Assembly (NCBI GenBank): GCA_963758295.1
Contig: CAVWUU010000004.1
Span: 1,248,001 to 1,312,000, forward strand
DNA length: 64,000 nt
Direction: 5' to 3'
From: Candidatus Eremiobacteria bacterium
GTDB taxonomy: Bacteria; Vulcanimicrobiota; Vulcanimicrobiia; Vulcanimicrobiales; Vulcanimicrobiaceae
Part shown: positions 29,047 to 39,749 of the stretch, in pieces
How positions within the stretch are numbered: position 1 is the first letter of the stretch
How the letters are laid out: every line of letters starts with the position of its first letter
Translations under genes and position numbers: made by a program
The notes under the pieces: model-generated
Told to the model about the DNA's origin: nothing
Databases searched by the model: none
What the model saw: the letters and a program-made list of their open reading frames with translations, nothing else

Positions 29047-30318
29047 ATGGCGGCGGACACTGCGATAGCTCAAAGCACGGTCAACGTCTGGGAAATGGCG
29101 CAACAACAACTCGACGACGTTGCGCGTCTAATCGGGCTCAACGAATCGATCCATGGGTACCTTCGGGAACCCAAGCGCGTCTTGGAAGTCTCGGTCCCGG
29201 TTCGCATGGATAAGGGGCAATTTCAAATGTTCCGGGGCTATCGCGTGCAACACAACATGGCGCGCGGCCCCTCAAAAGGCGGCATCCGCTTCCATCCCGA
29301 CGTCTCGCTGGATGAGGTGAAGGCGCTCGCAATGTGGATGACCTGGAAATGCGCGCTCGTGAACATTCCGTTCGGCGGCGCCAAAGGCGGGGTCATCTGC
29401 GATCCCAAGAACATGTCGATGCAGGAACTGGAAAATCTCACGCGCCGGTTCACAAGCGAAATCTCCATCATCATCGGCCCCGATAAAGACATACCGGCTC
29501 CCGACGTCTATACCACGCCGCAGATCATGGCCTGGATCATGGACACCTACTCGATGCAGTGCGGATACTCGGTTCCGGGCGTCGTTACCGGGAAACCGGT
29601 CGCTATCGGCGGTTCGCTGGGCCGGGATAAGGCGACGGCGCGCGGCTGCGCGTACGTCGTCGATGAAGCGATGAAGGCGCTTGATATTCCGATCCAGGAT
29701 GCGCGAGTGGCCATCCAAGGCTTCGGAAATGCCGGGATGCACGCCGCCGAGTTGATGCAACAGCGCGGGTATCGCGTCGTAGCGGCATCCGACTCGCAGG
29801 GCGGCGTCGCGAATCCCGATGGCCTGGACGTAAACGCGCTTATAGCGCATAAGAGCGAAACGGGATCGGTCGCGGGGTTCTCCGGCGGCGATCGCATCAG
29901 CAATGCGGAACTGCTCGAGTACGATTGCGACGTTCTCGTGCCGGCGGCGCTCGAAAAAGTCATCACGCCCGAGAACGCGCCGAAGATTCGCGCGATGGTC
30001 ATAGCCGAAGCGGCGAACGGTCCAACGTTGCCGGCCGCCGACCGGATTCTGTTCGAACGCGGGATCATGGTGCTCCCCGACATCCTCGCCAACGCGGGCG
30101 GCGTGACCGTGTCGTATTTCGAGTGGGTGCAAGACCTTCAAGAGAATTTCTGGGAAGAAGACGAGATCAACGACCGGCTCAAACGAAAAATGACCCGCGC
30201 GTTCACCGAGACCTACGAACAATCGCAGCGGCTCGGGATAGACATGCGGCGCGGTGCCTATGTTGTGGCCGTCAGCCGTGTAGCGGAAGCGACGAAGCTG
30301 CGCGGCTTGTATCCGTAG
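29047..30318 (+). CDS. gdhA: Glu/Leu/Phe/Val (glutamate) dehydrogenase
   Basis: RVQH..ARGPSKGGIRFHP, MTWKC, GGAKGG, DIPAPD, VTGKP..GGSLGR, QGFGNAG, EAANGP, NAGGVTVSYFEW. Confidence 0.93.
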   Translation: MAADTAIAQSTVNVWEMAQQQLDDVARLIGLNESIHGYLREPKRVLEVSVPVRMDKGQFQMFRGYRVQHNMARGPSKGGIRFHPDVSLDEVKALAMWMTWKCALVNIPFGGAKGGVICDPKNMSMQELENLTRRFTSEISIIIGPDKDIPAPDVYTTPQIMAWIMDTYSMQCGYSVPGVVTGKPVAIGGSLGRDKATARGCAYVVDEAMKALDIPIQDARVAIQGFGNAGMHAAELMQQRGYRVVAASDSQGGVANPDGLDVNALIAHKSETGSVAGFSGGDRISNAELLEYDCDVLVPAALEKVITPENAPKIRAMVIAEAANGPTLPAADRILFERGIMVLPDILANAGGVTVSYFEWVQDLQENFWEEDEINDRLKRKMTRAFTETYEQSQRLGIDMRRGAYVVAVSRVAEATKLRGLYP

Positions 30319-30445
30319 CTTCGTCGACGGAATCGTGAATGGCGCCGACACGACTCCTTGTCGCTTACAAGAGGTGGATTAAAGACGCTTCATTTGACCC
30401 AACTTTGATTGCGCGCCGGTTTGCGCATGCAGCATAGTCGAACGC

Positions 30446-31405
30446 ATGCGAATTTTTTCCCGATGGGCCTTGCTTCGAGGATCGCTTGCAATTCTCTGCG
30501 CTACCATCCTGCAGGCGCAAACCGCATCCGCCTTACCGGTTCCGGGCGTCTTTGCGGCGGGCGTAATCTCAGGGCCGGCAAACGACGGCGCGCCGGTCTT
30601 CACGCCCGACGGCAAAACGCTCTTCTTCACACGAAGCGGTACGGGGGCCGGCACCATTCTCCAATCGCATTTGGAGAATGGAACCTGGAGCCGTCCGGAA
30701 ATTGCGCCGTTCTCCGGGCGCTGGAACGATCAGCACGCCGCGATCGCCCCCGACGGTTCGTTTCTGGTCTTTACGTCGACGCGGCCCGTAGCCGGAACCG
30801 CGACGCGCGTTGCGCATCTGTGGCGCGCCGATCGCAGCGCGAGCGGTTGGGGCACGCCATACCATCTTCCGTCTGCGGTCAACATCGGGCCACGCATCTT
30901 CAAGGCCAGCATCGCGCGCAACGGCACGATTTATTTCTTGAGCATCGGCGATCGTCGCATGTTTCGCCTGTATCGCTCGAAGTTCGTGAACGGCGCTTAC
31001 CAGAAAGCCGAACCACTCTCGTTTAGCACCGATTCAACGGCCGACGTGGACCCCGAAATTGCGCCCGATGAATCGTTTCTCGTTTTCGCCAGTTCCGGCC
31101 GATCTACTAAGGACGACTCGAAAGAACACCTCTACATCGCATTCCGGCGCTCCAACGGCTGGAGTGCTCCACAGCGTCTGCGGTACCAGGGCGACGACGA
31201 TAACGGCTCGAGCAACGACAACGAGCCGGATCTCGCGCCCGACGGCGTCACCCTTTACTTCAGCAGCGATCGCACGCTGGCGCTACACTTTCCGCGGACG
31301 AAAAAGACGGCAGCCGAAGACCTGCAGCGGATCGAGTCCTGGGATAACGGTAACGCGAACGTATGGAAACTCTCGTTGGAGGGGCAGCTTGAAAGCCGCC
31401 CCTGA
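30446..31405 (+). CDS. Exported PD40/TolB-like beta-propeller protein
   Basis: Signal peptide; repeated P.F.PDG..L.F.S.R blades. Confidence 0.75.
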   Translation: MRIFSRWALLRGSLAILCATILQAQTASALPVPGVFAAGVISGPANDGAPVFTPDGKTLFFTRSGTGAGTILQSHLENGTWSRPEIAPFSGRWNDQHAAIAPDGSFLVFTSTRPVAGTATRVAHLWRADRSASGWGTPYHLPSAVNIGPRIFKASIARNGTIYFLSIGDRRMFRLYRSKFVNGAYQKAEPLSFSTDSTADVDPEIAPDESFLVFASSGRSTKDDSKEHLYIAFRRSNGWSAPQRLRYQGDDDNGSSNDNEPDLAPDGVTLYFSSDRTLALHFPRTKKTAAEDLQRIESWDNGNANVWKLSLEGQLESRP

Positions 31406-31431
31406 ACCCGCGTACGAGCGCGACGGACCGT

Positions 31432-33678
31432 TTAGTGGTTGCGCGAGAGGATGTCGTTCAAAACTTTCTCCGGAACGGCATCGGGCTTCGAGAAGTTTAG
31501 CGTTGCGCTTACCTTCGCGCCGTACGATGAAGGGGTGTTTCGTTTGCGGACGTCGATCTGCGGCGCCATGACGGCGTATGAACGAAAATCCGGAGCGCCG
31601 AAGGCCGCGAACATCGGCACCGCCATGGAATCATACGTTGAGAGCGGGCGCATTCCGAGCAGCACTTCCATCGTGCGAAGAAGACTGACCGTGGCATAGT
31701 GCTCGTGTCTCACGCCGCCGCGCGCATAGGGCGACACGACAAACATAGTCGTCCGCTGGTCGCTCACGTGATCCGGGCCGTCCTGCGCGTCGTCTTCGAT
31801 GACAAACATTGCGGACGAACGCCAGATCTTCGAATGCGAAAGCGTATCGATCATTTGTCCGAGCGCGTAGTCGTTAAGTGCTACATAGGACGACGGCGTA
31901 AGCTTTCCGGGCTTACTTCCATAGGTGTGATCGTTCGGCAGCCAAATGAACTCCAGCTGAGGCACGGCGTTGCGGCTCGCGAGCTGCGCGAAATCGTGCT
32001 TCCATTCTTTCACGCGATCCAGGTCGCTGTAGTCGAGATCCCATCCGGCATACAGCGGATCGATCTTGCCGTTCAAACTCGGCACGTCGGCCGTCCAGCG
32101 ATTCGAGTTCTTTACGGGATCGACGAGCTCACCATAATCTCGAAATGATACGTGCGCGCGCCTTGCCGCATCCCACAGATAGCCGGCCGAAGGCACGCGA
32201 GCTCCGTCGCCGCCGTCCAGATCGTCCGTCTCGCGGCGGCCACCGTACATCGGCGGCCAGAAGCGCTCGACGTAGTCGTTCGCAAATGCCGTCTCCGCCC
32301 ACATATGTCCGGCCGAGCTTACTTCACCGCTCGTATAAGCGTTGTCGAAAAGCCCGAAGCGTTTCGCGACGGCGTGCTCGTTCGGTGTAACTTTTGTACC
32401 GAACCACGCAAGCGACGCATCTCCGTTGCCTTGCGGTACATCTCCAAGCACCTGGTCGTACGAGCGGTTTTCTTTTAAGACGAAAAACACGTGCCGGATT
32501 GGGCCGTTCGGACGAACGACCGAGGTGCTTGCGGACTTACTCCAGCCGTCGGAGCCTTGCGGGTTGCCTTCACCCGGGGGATCGCTTTTCAGATCGTAAG
32601 TGCGCAAAGAGCCGACCTCGAGCGAGCCGATGTAGTCGCTATCGTCCTTGCTGTGGCTTCGGTAGCCCGGATTAGGTGTCGCGCCTTCCCCTTTACCGTT
32701 CAAGACGAACAGCCGGTCTTGCGAAACGAATGCGTCGGTCGGATACCAACCCGCTTCGAGTCTTCCAACGACCCGATCGCCGCGCAATACGGCAACGGAA
32801 TTCGCGGCGCCAAGCGTCACGTAAACGGTATCGCCTGCAACAGCGACGGCGTTGGGCGAGACGCCCACGGCATCGAACGGCGCCGAACCATCGCCGAGCC
32901 GCACGTCGGTGATAACATGCAAATCTCGACGGTCCATTACCGCAACACTGTCGGCATCGCTCTCGGCTACGTAGAGTTTGTCTCCGTCCACGGCAATTGC
33001 CGACGGATGCAATCCGACTTGCTTCTTATCGACGGCCCGAGACGCTACGTCGACGATGAAGAGATTTCGGTCCGCGCGATCGGTGACGTAGAGCTTTGTA
33101 CCGTCGGGACCGAAAGCGATGCCGCCGGGATGAGCGCGCAGTTTAACGGGCGGTTCGTTAGCGACGGAAGCTGATGGGCCGATATGCACCGTGCCGTCGC
33201 CGTCGCATGCAACCGCGAAGGTCTTTCCATCGGGAGAGACCGCAACAAATGCCGGATACGACCCCTTCGGAAACGCCCACGTTGCGACGGCCTTGCTCGC
33301 GGTGTTCACGTCGAAGAGCGCATCGGCATTCGCACCGGCAACCAAAACGTGCTCGCCGTCACGCCAGTATGGACGTCCGAAAGCACCCTTTAACGGAATC
33401 GATGCAACGCGCGTTAGATCCGCTGCGCGATAAAGCCCAAGCGATGCGGGGCGGTATCCCGATTCCACTACGGCAATCGTCGCGCCGTCCGGTGATAACG
33501 CCATACCCTGCGGCATGGTGCCGGTCGAGGCTTCCAACCCGCGAGGCGGCTCGATGACCCACCCGTTCGGCAACGTAACCGGCGCATTGCCTGCAAACGA
33601 CGCGCCGGCCCGAATCGCTGCGGCGATCCCGAGCAACGCTAAAACCGCAATGGTGACTTTTCGCAACTGAACCCCCAT
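31432..33678 (-). CDS. YncE-like beta-propeller fused to a phosphoesterase (alkaline phosphatase superfamily) domain
   Basis: Signal peptide; SPDG repeats; HVFFVLKENRSYD, FDNAY, LPNDHT, EDDAQDGPDHV. Confidence 0.85.
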   Translation of the reverse strand: MGVQLRKVTIAVLALLGIAAAIRAGASFAGNAPVTLPNGWVIEPPRGLEASTGTMPQGMALSPDGATIAVVESGYRPASLGLYRAADLTRVASIPLKGAFGRPYWRDGEHVLVAGANADALFDVNTASKAVATWAFPKGSYPAFVAVSPDGKTFAVACDGDGTVHIGPSASVANEPPVKLRAHPGGIAFGPDGTKLYVTDRADRNLFIVDVASRAVDKKQVGLHPSAIAVDGDKLYVAESDADSVAVMDRRDLHVITDVRLGDGSAPFDAVGVSPNAVAVAGDTVYVTLGAANSVAVLRGDRVVGRLEAGWYPTDAFVSQDRLFVLNGKGEGATPNPGYRSHSKDDSDYIGSLEVGSLRTYDLKSDPPGEGNPQGSDGWSKSASTSVVRPNGPIRHVFFVLKENRSYDQVLGDVPQGNGDASLAWFGTKVTPNEHAVAKRFGLFDNAYTSGEVSSAGHMWAETAFANDYVERFWPPMYGGRRETDDLDGGDGARVPSAGYLWDAARRAHVSFRDYGELVDPVKNSNRWTADVPSLNGKIDPLYAGWDLDYSDLDRVKEWKHDFAQLASRNAVPQLEFIWLPNDHTYGSKPGKLTPSSYVALNDYALGQMIDTLSHSKIWRSSAMFVIEDDAQDGPDHVSDQRTTMFVVSPYARGGVRHEHYATVSLLRTMEVLLGMRPLSTYDSMAVPMFAAFGAPDFRSYAVMAPQIDVRKRNTPSSYGAKVSATLNFSKPDAVPEKVLNDILSRNH

Positions 33679-33731
33679 AGCATCACAAGCTCCGTTTTAC
33701 TTTGGACTTTCGGGCAGAACCCTCCGGCCGG

Positions 33732-36002
33732 CTACGGCACGAGTAACAGACGCGATCGAGCCGACCGTTCAACGGCACGATCCGAAAACGGGAGCCTCTC
33801 GAGGTCGCCGCGGATCCACCTCTCGCGAAGATCGTCGTAATGTACCGATCCGATTCGCCCCGACTCGCCGGCGGGAATGCTTAGGCCGCCTTCGTCCCAG
33901 TCGGGGATTTGCCATATGGCGCGGAAACTTTGTGAAAGTTCGTCATCTTGCACGTGAATCGTGTACTCGTCGCCGCTACCCGGGAGCGTTCCGCCATTCA
34001 AGAACGGAAACCCGATGGGACCGAACGGATGCAGGATTTGCACGGCTCCCGCTTCGCCCCACGGAAGCTCGCCCTGCGAGCTCCGTCCGGCGATTTGCCG
34101 CCAGTCGTCGAGCACTTCCGCCGCAACGCGATCCGCGCGCATCGCTTCGAAAATCCAATACGGTGACGGCGCCGATCCGTCGGCGTCCGCTCGTAGCGCA
34201 TGTACCAGCGTGGCCGTCTCCGATGGCGCAGCGAATTCTCCGTTCCAGCGGGCAAGCCGTGCGAGCGTCACGTTCGAGAATAAACCGGTGTGGCGGCGGC
34301 CATACGCCGCAAGCCGGTGCGCGAATTCGACGTCAGCAGGCGATCCCACGTCCAATTGCATGCGCGCAAACTCTTCAACAGTATACGAGCGTTTCTCGCG
34401 CAAGAGCTGCGCAACGCGAAAAGCGCGATACGGCGGCGCGAACATCGGACTCAAGCGAAAGCGGTAATCGCTCCCGTACATTTTATTATTCGCGCTTACG
34501 ATTATCTGCTCTCTCGAAGAGCGCGTCGATGGCAGTTGCGCGAACGGAACCGGCGCGAAGCGTTTACGCATGTCGCCGGCCGGATGAACGTACCGCTCCC
34601 AGGCGGGATCGTTCGGAATTGGTCCGGCGAGGTGATACGCGACTTTTCCGCTATCGTCGGCAAAGACGAAGTTTTGCGCCGGGCCTGCATAATGCGCGAG
34701 CGCCGCGGTTGCCTGCGCGATGTCCCGCGCTCGATCGAGCGCGAATACGGTATCGATCGCCGAAGCGTTGGAAACGTATGGCGTCCACCGCACCAGCACC
34801 ATGCCGCGCCCCGCTTGTGACGCGACGGCGAATTCCGACGGGGTGCGATAATACGCCTTCATCACGTTGCGGCCGAATCGCACTCGGAATCGCTCCGGAT
34901 ACAAATGCCCGTGCCGCAGGCGATCCGCTTGGAACACGCTGAAACACGCGGCCATGGCGTTAGTCGTTCCCCAGGCGAAGTGCTCGTTGTGTCCGAGCAT
35001 TACGCCCGGTACGCCCGGCACCGTGACGCCGGCAACGTGAAATCCCGGCGCTCGCATTTCGACGACGTACCAGACGCCGGGGACGCTCAGCGTCAAGTGC
35101 GGATCGTTCGCCAATAGCGCGCGCCGCGTTTTAGTATAAGCTGCGCCTGCTGCCCAAGCATTGCTTCCAAAACGCTCTACGCCTGAGAGTCGCGTCGCAT
35201 TCAACGCGAGCGCCGGCGGCAAGATCCGTGCGCGATGCATTGGATCGCGCACACCGTTAGTCGAAACGTCGTACGACGGATCGGAGAGCGGTAAGAGCGC
35301 CGCGTACTGCTCTGGCGTGTGTTCTCGCCAAAGAGCATCGCGCTGCAGCACGTTCTCGATCGTATCGCCAAGCGACACCGAAACTGCCAGCGTTACGGCC
35401 AGCGAATCTTTCGGTCTCCACGGTCTAGGCGAATAGAGCAGCAACCGGAACTCGAGCGGAAGCGGCAACGTCGCACGCGCGGCATTTACGCCGTCGCTGA
35501 ATGCCTGCAAGTCTTCGCGATCGCGCGACGGCAGATGAACCCATTCCCGCTCAACGATATCGCGCGCGTCGAAAGCGCGCATCGCTTCGTCTCGTGTAAG
35601 TTGGATTGGTCCGAGCATCTCGCTCAGCTCGCCGTAAATATAGCGACGATACAAGTCCATTTGGAAGAGCCGGTCCGCACCTTGAACGTAACCCTCGGCG
35701 AAGAAAGCATCCCGTTCGCGGCGCGCTCGAATGTGCGGGATGCCGCGTTCGTCGCGAACGATGGCGACCGGGGCGGAGATTTTGAAGCCCCCAATCGTGC
35801 CGTAGGACGAAGCGGTTCGTAAGCCGGCTGATACGTAGACCGCATAGGCTAGCAATGCCAGCGCCAAGGCGACGGCGAGGCTCTTGAATTGATCCAGAAT
35901 GCGGCCGCCCGCGGAACGGGTCAGCGATCGCATGGAGCGCTCTCGCTCCATTGCGGCGAGCTGCCGCAGCGCGGTGCCGGCCTCCGCCTCAGGAACGTTC
36001 AT
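33732..36002 (-). CDS. Penicillin acylase family (Ntn-hydrolase, peptidase S45)
   Basis: RDERGIPHIRA, DRLFQMD, GSNAWA (catalytic Ser), LLANDPHL, GHN..AWG.T, SANN; start estimated at ATG 36002. Confidence 0.88.
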   Translation of the reverse strand: MNVPEAEAGTALRQLAAMERERSMRSLTRSAGGRILDQFKSLAVALALALLAYAVYVSAGLRTASSYGTIGGFKISAPVAIVRDERGIPHIRARRERDAFFAEGYVQGADRLFQMDLYRRYIYGELSEMLGPIQLTRDEAMRAFDARDIVEREWVHLPSRDREDLQAFSDGVNAARATLPLPLEFRLLLYSPRPWRPKDSLAVTLAVSVSLGDTIENVLQRDALWREHTPEQYAALLPLSDPSYDVSTNGVRDPMHRARILPPALALNATRLSGVERFGSNAWAAGAAYTKTRRALLANDPHLTLSVPGVWYVVEMRAPGFHVAGVTVPGVPGVMLGHNEHFAWGTTNAMAACFSVFQADRLRHGHLYPERFRVRFGRNVMKAYYRTPSEFAVASQAGRGMVLVRWTPYVSNASAIDTVFALDRARDIAQATAALAHYAGPAQNFVFADDSGKVAYHLAGPIPNDPAWERYVHPAGDMRKRFAPVPFAQLPSTRSSREQIIVSANNKMYGSDYRFRLSPMFAPPYRAFRVAQLLREKRSYTVEEFARMQLDVGSPADVEFAHRLAAYGRRHTGLFSNVTLARLARWNGEFAAPSETATLVHALRADADGSAPSPYWIFEAMRADRVAAEVLDDWRQIAGRSSQGELPWGEAGAVQILHPFGPIGFPFLNGGTLPGSGDEYTIHVQDDELSQSFRAIWQIPDWDEGGLSIPAGESGRIGSVHYDDLRERWIRGDLERLPFSDRAVERSARSRLLLVP

Positions 36003-36175
36003 GCTGCGTTTTCCCGCCTGAGCAACGCCCCACGTGGTCTTTGGGTGACGCATCCGATAACTCCAAGGACAGCGTAGCACCCCGGGGACCCGAAAAGCAT
36101 GGAGATTCCGCGGTGGAGAGCCGGATTTCGATACGGCCCGAAAAAGCCGGAATTTCTCGTGTACCGAAAGGCAGC

Positions 36176-36205
36176 TTAAGAAAACGCGATAATTCGTAGT
36201 ATACT
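36176..36205 (+). promoter_or_regulatory. Possible sigma70-type promoter for aqpZ
   Basis: TTAAGA-N18-TATACT upstream of GGAGGAG and ATG 36235. Confidence 0.35.
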
Positions 36206-36234
36206 TGGAATGCCTCTCGCGGAGGAGACTCGTT

Positions 36235-36972
36235 ATGGCGCTTTCACGACGTCTTTCTGCTGAATTTTTCGGGACGTTTTGGCTCGTTTTTGGAGGTTGC
36301 GGCAGCGCAGTTATCGCTGCTGCGTTTCCAAAACTCGGCATCGGCTTCGCCGGCGTCGCCTTGGCTTTCGGGCTCACCTTATTGACGATGGCTTACACCA
36401 TCGGGCCGATTTCCGGTTGTCACATCAATCCGGCCGTGACCGTGGGCCTGTGGGTTGCGAAGCGATTTCCAACGCGCGACGTGATCCCGTACATCATCGC
36501 ACAAGTGCTCGGTGCAATCGTCGCAGCAGGTGTGCTATTTGTTGTTGCAAGCGGGAAACCCGGATTCACCGCCGGTCAGTTCGCAAGCAACGGCTATGGC
36601 GCGCTTTCACCCGGCGGATACGCAATGGGATCGGCTCTCCTGATTGAAGTTGTGCTGACCTTCGGTTTCCTGATGGTGATTCTCGGCGCAACCGATCGCC
36701 GCGCACCCGTAGGCTTTGCCGGTCTTGCAATCGGTCTCGCGCTTACACTGATCCATCTAATCGGCATTCCGGTCGACAACACGTCGGTCAATCCGGCGCG
36801 CAGCACGGGGCCCGCAATCTTTGCCGGAAGCGCAGAACTCGCGCAACTCTGGCTCTTCTGGCTTGCGCCACTCGTCGGCGGCGCCATTGCCGGGCTGCTT
36901 TATCCGCTCCTATTCGGTGAAGAAGTGAGCAAAGAGCCCGTCGTCGGAAAAGCGGTACCCGCGCAATCGTAG
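36235..36972 (+). CDS. aqpZ: Aquaporin Z
   Basis: [42 protein letters not shown]. Confidence 0.95.
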   Translation: MALSRRLSAEFFGTFWLVFGGCGSAVIAAAFPKLGIGFAGVALAFGLTLLTMAYTIGPISGCHINPAVTVGLWVAKRFPTRDVIPYIIAQVLGAIVAAGVLFVVASGKPGFTAGQFASNGYGALSPGGYAMGSALLIEVVLTFGFLMVILGATDRRAPVGFAGLAIGLALTLIHLIGIPVDNTSVNPARSTGPAIFAGSAELAQLWLFWLAPLVGGAIAGLLYPLLFGEEVSKEPVVGKAVPAQS

Positions 36973-36979
36973 ACCGGCA

Positions 36980-37675
36980 TTATGCCGTTGTGTTGCGGCT
37001 CACGCGGCACATCGGCAATTCGCGAGACACAACGAATCCCAATGCTTCGTATAGCGTTCGCGCACGGTCGTTCGTAAGATCCTGGTGAAGTATCGGCGTG
37101 TCGCGTTCGGCGAGAACGCCGGCGGCTAAATGGTGAACGAGCGCGCCGGCGTAACCGCGTCCTGCGAAACGCGGATCGGTACAGACGCCGCTTATTTCGC
37201 GATAGCCGGCGGGTGCGAGACGCAGCCCCGCCATGGCCACGAGTTCGCAGTCTTGGAAAATCACGGCGTATCGCCCCATTTCAATCGTGCGGCGGCGAAA
37301 ATAGGCGGGATAGACGCGCGCAATAAGGTCGAGCATCGCGTCGACGTCCGGTTCGCCGAGCGTCCGGATATCGACGTCAGTTACGACCGGCGACGGACGT
37401 AAGGCGTAGCAAACCATTTGCAGAATGTTGTCGCGCGGCGTAACGCTATACCGGTTCGGTTCTATCTGCGGAAGGGTCCCGACAAAGTAAGCGAACTCGC
37501 GCGAGCCGAGTGTTTCGTCGAGAACGCTCTCACTGAGAGGTCTGCGAGCCGGCACGGCTGCGAAGGGCGCCATGTCGGGCGGATACAGTTTTAGCGCGGG
37601 TCCGCCTTCGCTGAAAACCGCATGCCGTCCGATCAAGCTTGACCATACCGGATTTTCTAGCGCATCCTGCGCCAT
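36980..37675 (-). CDS. GNAT family acetyltransferase (FR47-like)
   Basis: LENPVWSSL, VAMAG.R, EISGVCTDP..GRGYA, N..A..LYEALGF. Confidence 0.85.
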   Translation of the reverse strand: MAQDALENPVWSSLIGRHAVFSEGGPALKLYPPDMAPFAAVPARRPLSESVLDETLGSREFAYFVGTLPQIEPNRYSVTPRDNILQMVCYALRPSPVVTDVDIRTLGEPDVDAMLDLIARVYPAYFRRRTIEMGRYAVIFQDCELVAMAGLRLAPAGYREISGVCTDPRFAGRGYAGALVHHLAAGVLAERDTPILHQDLTNDRARTLYEALGFVVSRELPMCRVSRNTTA

Positions 37676-37691
37676 TTGCTTACTCCGTCCC

Positions 37692-38492
37692 TTACAATGC
37701 CGCCGTTCCCAGTACTCGAATACGCAACGATGGCGTGAAGAGTCCGTATGGTTGCGTCACCGCATTAAAAATCCCCACCAGCCGGCCGTCGTTAGACCAC
37801 ACGCCTGCGCCGCTATCTCCTTCGTTACAGAGCCGGCATTCGAGCATTGACGTATACGCCCAGTCGTCGATGAGCGATGCTTGCGTTCCGTCGACGCTGT
37901 CGGCGTCTTTCCAACCCCAATTTAAATTCGCGAAATTTCCCAACACGTGCAACTGTTCGCCGGGATTGATGGAAAATTCGGGATGCGCGACGCTGCGGTG
38001 CGGGCGGCGAGCTTGGACGTGAATGGACACGATGTCATACGATTGGACGACGTCCTGAATGACGCCGTCGAATCGTCCGGTGTCGCCGTCACGAAACCGT
38101 ACCTGAATGGTGCTTTGATCCGGGATTACATACATTGCCGCGCCGTCAAAAGTGCGGCGGCTCGGTTCGATGCAATGACGCGCGGTTAGCACTTCTATCC
38201 CCCGGCCCTGCGCGTCGCGAATGCCTTCGGCGACTCCGGCACAACGATACCAGGACCGATTGACGGAGGCATCTCGTTGCTTCGCACACGCGGCGGCATC
38301 CGGCTCCGGGGAATTGCTCTCGCCCCAACAGCCCGATACCGTATCGACGTATCCGCTAATTAGCACGGTAGCATTCTCAGCGTCCCTCATGGCCTTTGAG
38401 GAGAGCTGCTGCACTGGCTGGGCGCCGGCGGAAATGGTTGCGTAAAAAAACAGTGCCGCTAAGGCGAACGACATCTTTGGGGCGGAGACCAT
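37692..38492 (-). CDS. Exported trypsin-like serine protease
   Basis: Signal peptide; LTARHC (His), YDI (Asp), GDSGAGV (Ser), LVGI. Confidence 0.7.
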   Translation of the reverse strand: MVSAPKMSFALAALFFYATISAGAQPVQQLSSKAMRDAENATVLISGYVDTVSGCWGESNSPEPDAAACAKQRDASVNRSWYRCAGVAEGIRDAQGRGIEVLTARHCIEPSRRTFDGAAMYVIPDQSTIQVRFRDGDTGRFDGVIQDVVQSYDIVSIHVQARRPHRSVAHPEFSINPGEQLHVLGNFANLNWGWKDADSVDGTQASLIDDWAYTSMLECRLCNEGDSGAGVWSNDGRLVGIFNAVTQPYGLFTPSLRIRVLGTAAL

Positions 38493-38554
38493 TTCGCCTA
38501 CTATACCCTTGCGCTTGCGGCTGCTATGCACGCGGCCCCAATTATTGTGAATAG

Positions 38555-39193
38555 CTAGGGCATCTTAAACGCAACGATCTCGTTGTTGTCCCGGTGACTG
38601 GTCCAGAACCTCGTTCCGTCATACGTCAAGCCTCGCGCATCGAACGGAATGTCGGCGAGGGTCGTAATCTTCGGCGTCTTATCGCGCGCGTCAACTTTTG
38701 TCAACTGCATGTTTTCGAACTCAGCGTCGCTTGTGGCCAGATAGAAGCATCCCTCGACGACCGTCATGCCGAGCGGAACGCGTTCGAGCGGGATTTCATG
38801 CAAAATGGCGCCCTGATTGTCGAGCGCTACGATCCGCCCATTGCCCGCTTGCGACAGGAATAGCGTATCTCCGTCGAACGCGAGATGTGAACCGGTAAAA
38901 TCCGGGCACTCGAGGCGTTCACTTTTAAAACCGCGTCCCGGAAGAAAGCGGTAAATGTAGCGATCGTCTTCTTCCCCCTGGCCGATAACGACGCGTAACT
39001 CATCGCCCACAATCGTCATGCCGAAGGGTCCGCCCGGAGCTTCCGTTTCTTCGCGAACCGTCCAGGTCGCCGTGTCTATTGCATAGAGGCGATGAGTCTC
39101 GCGACTCGCCATCCAAAGGACGCCGCCGTCGAAAGCAAGACCTAGCGGTTTCGGCGCAGGCGAAAGCAAGCGCAGATCTTCCGTAATCTCCAT
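38555..39193 (-). CDS. Small beta-propeller protein of unknown function
   Basis: Five repeats of the type GLAFDG..LW / GMT.VG / LAFDG / GMT / GLTYDG..FW. Confidence 0.6.
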   Translation of the reverse strand: MEITEDLRLLSPAPKPLGLAFDGGVLWMASRETHRLYAIDTATWTVREETEAPGGPFGMTIVGDELRVVIGQGEEDDRYIYRFLPGRGFKSERLECPDFTGSHLAFDGDTLFLSQAGNGRIVALDNQGAILHEIPLERVPLGMTVVEGCFYLATSDAEFENMQLTKVDARDKTPKITTLADIPFDARGLTYDGTRFWTSHRDNNEIVAFKMP

Positions 39194-39238
39194 AATGAGG
39201 CCGTCCGTTCGTCGCAACGTGAAGGTTTTACTTGGCGC

Positions 39239-39562
39239 TTAAGCCCGGGTGTTTTCGAAGACCATGATGTCGACGCCGGCTTGCGCGAAATTCTCCAAGT
39301 CCGCGACGACGGCTTGTCCTTGCGGTGATGCAAGCGCATTGTCCACCGCATCGGCCGATGGAAAGCGAAGGGTCGCAACCAGGTAATACGGGTCTTTGTC
39401 CGTCAGACCGCGGCTGAGCGAGTACGACTGCAGGCCGGGCAATTGTTTTGCCAGCGGTACGTGCGTATCAGCATAGTACGCGTCGAAGCGCGCCGGATCG
39501 GCAGGACGCTTGTAGAGCGCGAGGACCGTCGCGCCGGATGAATCGATCGTCATAGTTTTCAT
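39239..39562 (-). CDS. EthD family reductase
   Basis: LY..P.DP..FD.YY...HVPLA..LPGL, A.L.F.S, ASPQGQA..AD..NF. Confidence 0.8.
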   Translation of the reverse strand: MKTMTIDSSGATVLALYKRPADPARFDAYYADTHVPLAKQLPGLQSYSLSRGLTDKDPYYLVATLRFPSADAVDNALASPQGQAVVADLENFAQAGVDIMVFENTRA

Positions 39563-39749
39563 GCAAACGGTTCGCGCGCGTGCGAGCAACAGTCAAGGTC
39601 TAGCTTGGTGACGGAATCAAATGGCGGCCCGTTTTCGTTTACCCGCTACAGAGCGGCGTTTGGAATGCTTGACCGCAAGGAAGGTATCCACTCAAGCGAC
39701 GTTCCGACCGGCGGCAAGCGGCCGCCAAGCATACGGAGTGCGAAAATTC

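Noticed and set aside
29272..30351. 359-aa ORF antisense to gdhA
   Set aside because: Codon-bias mirror of a conserved gene; no independent motifs.
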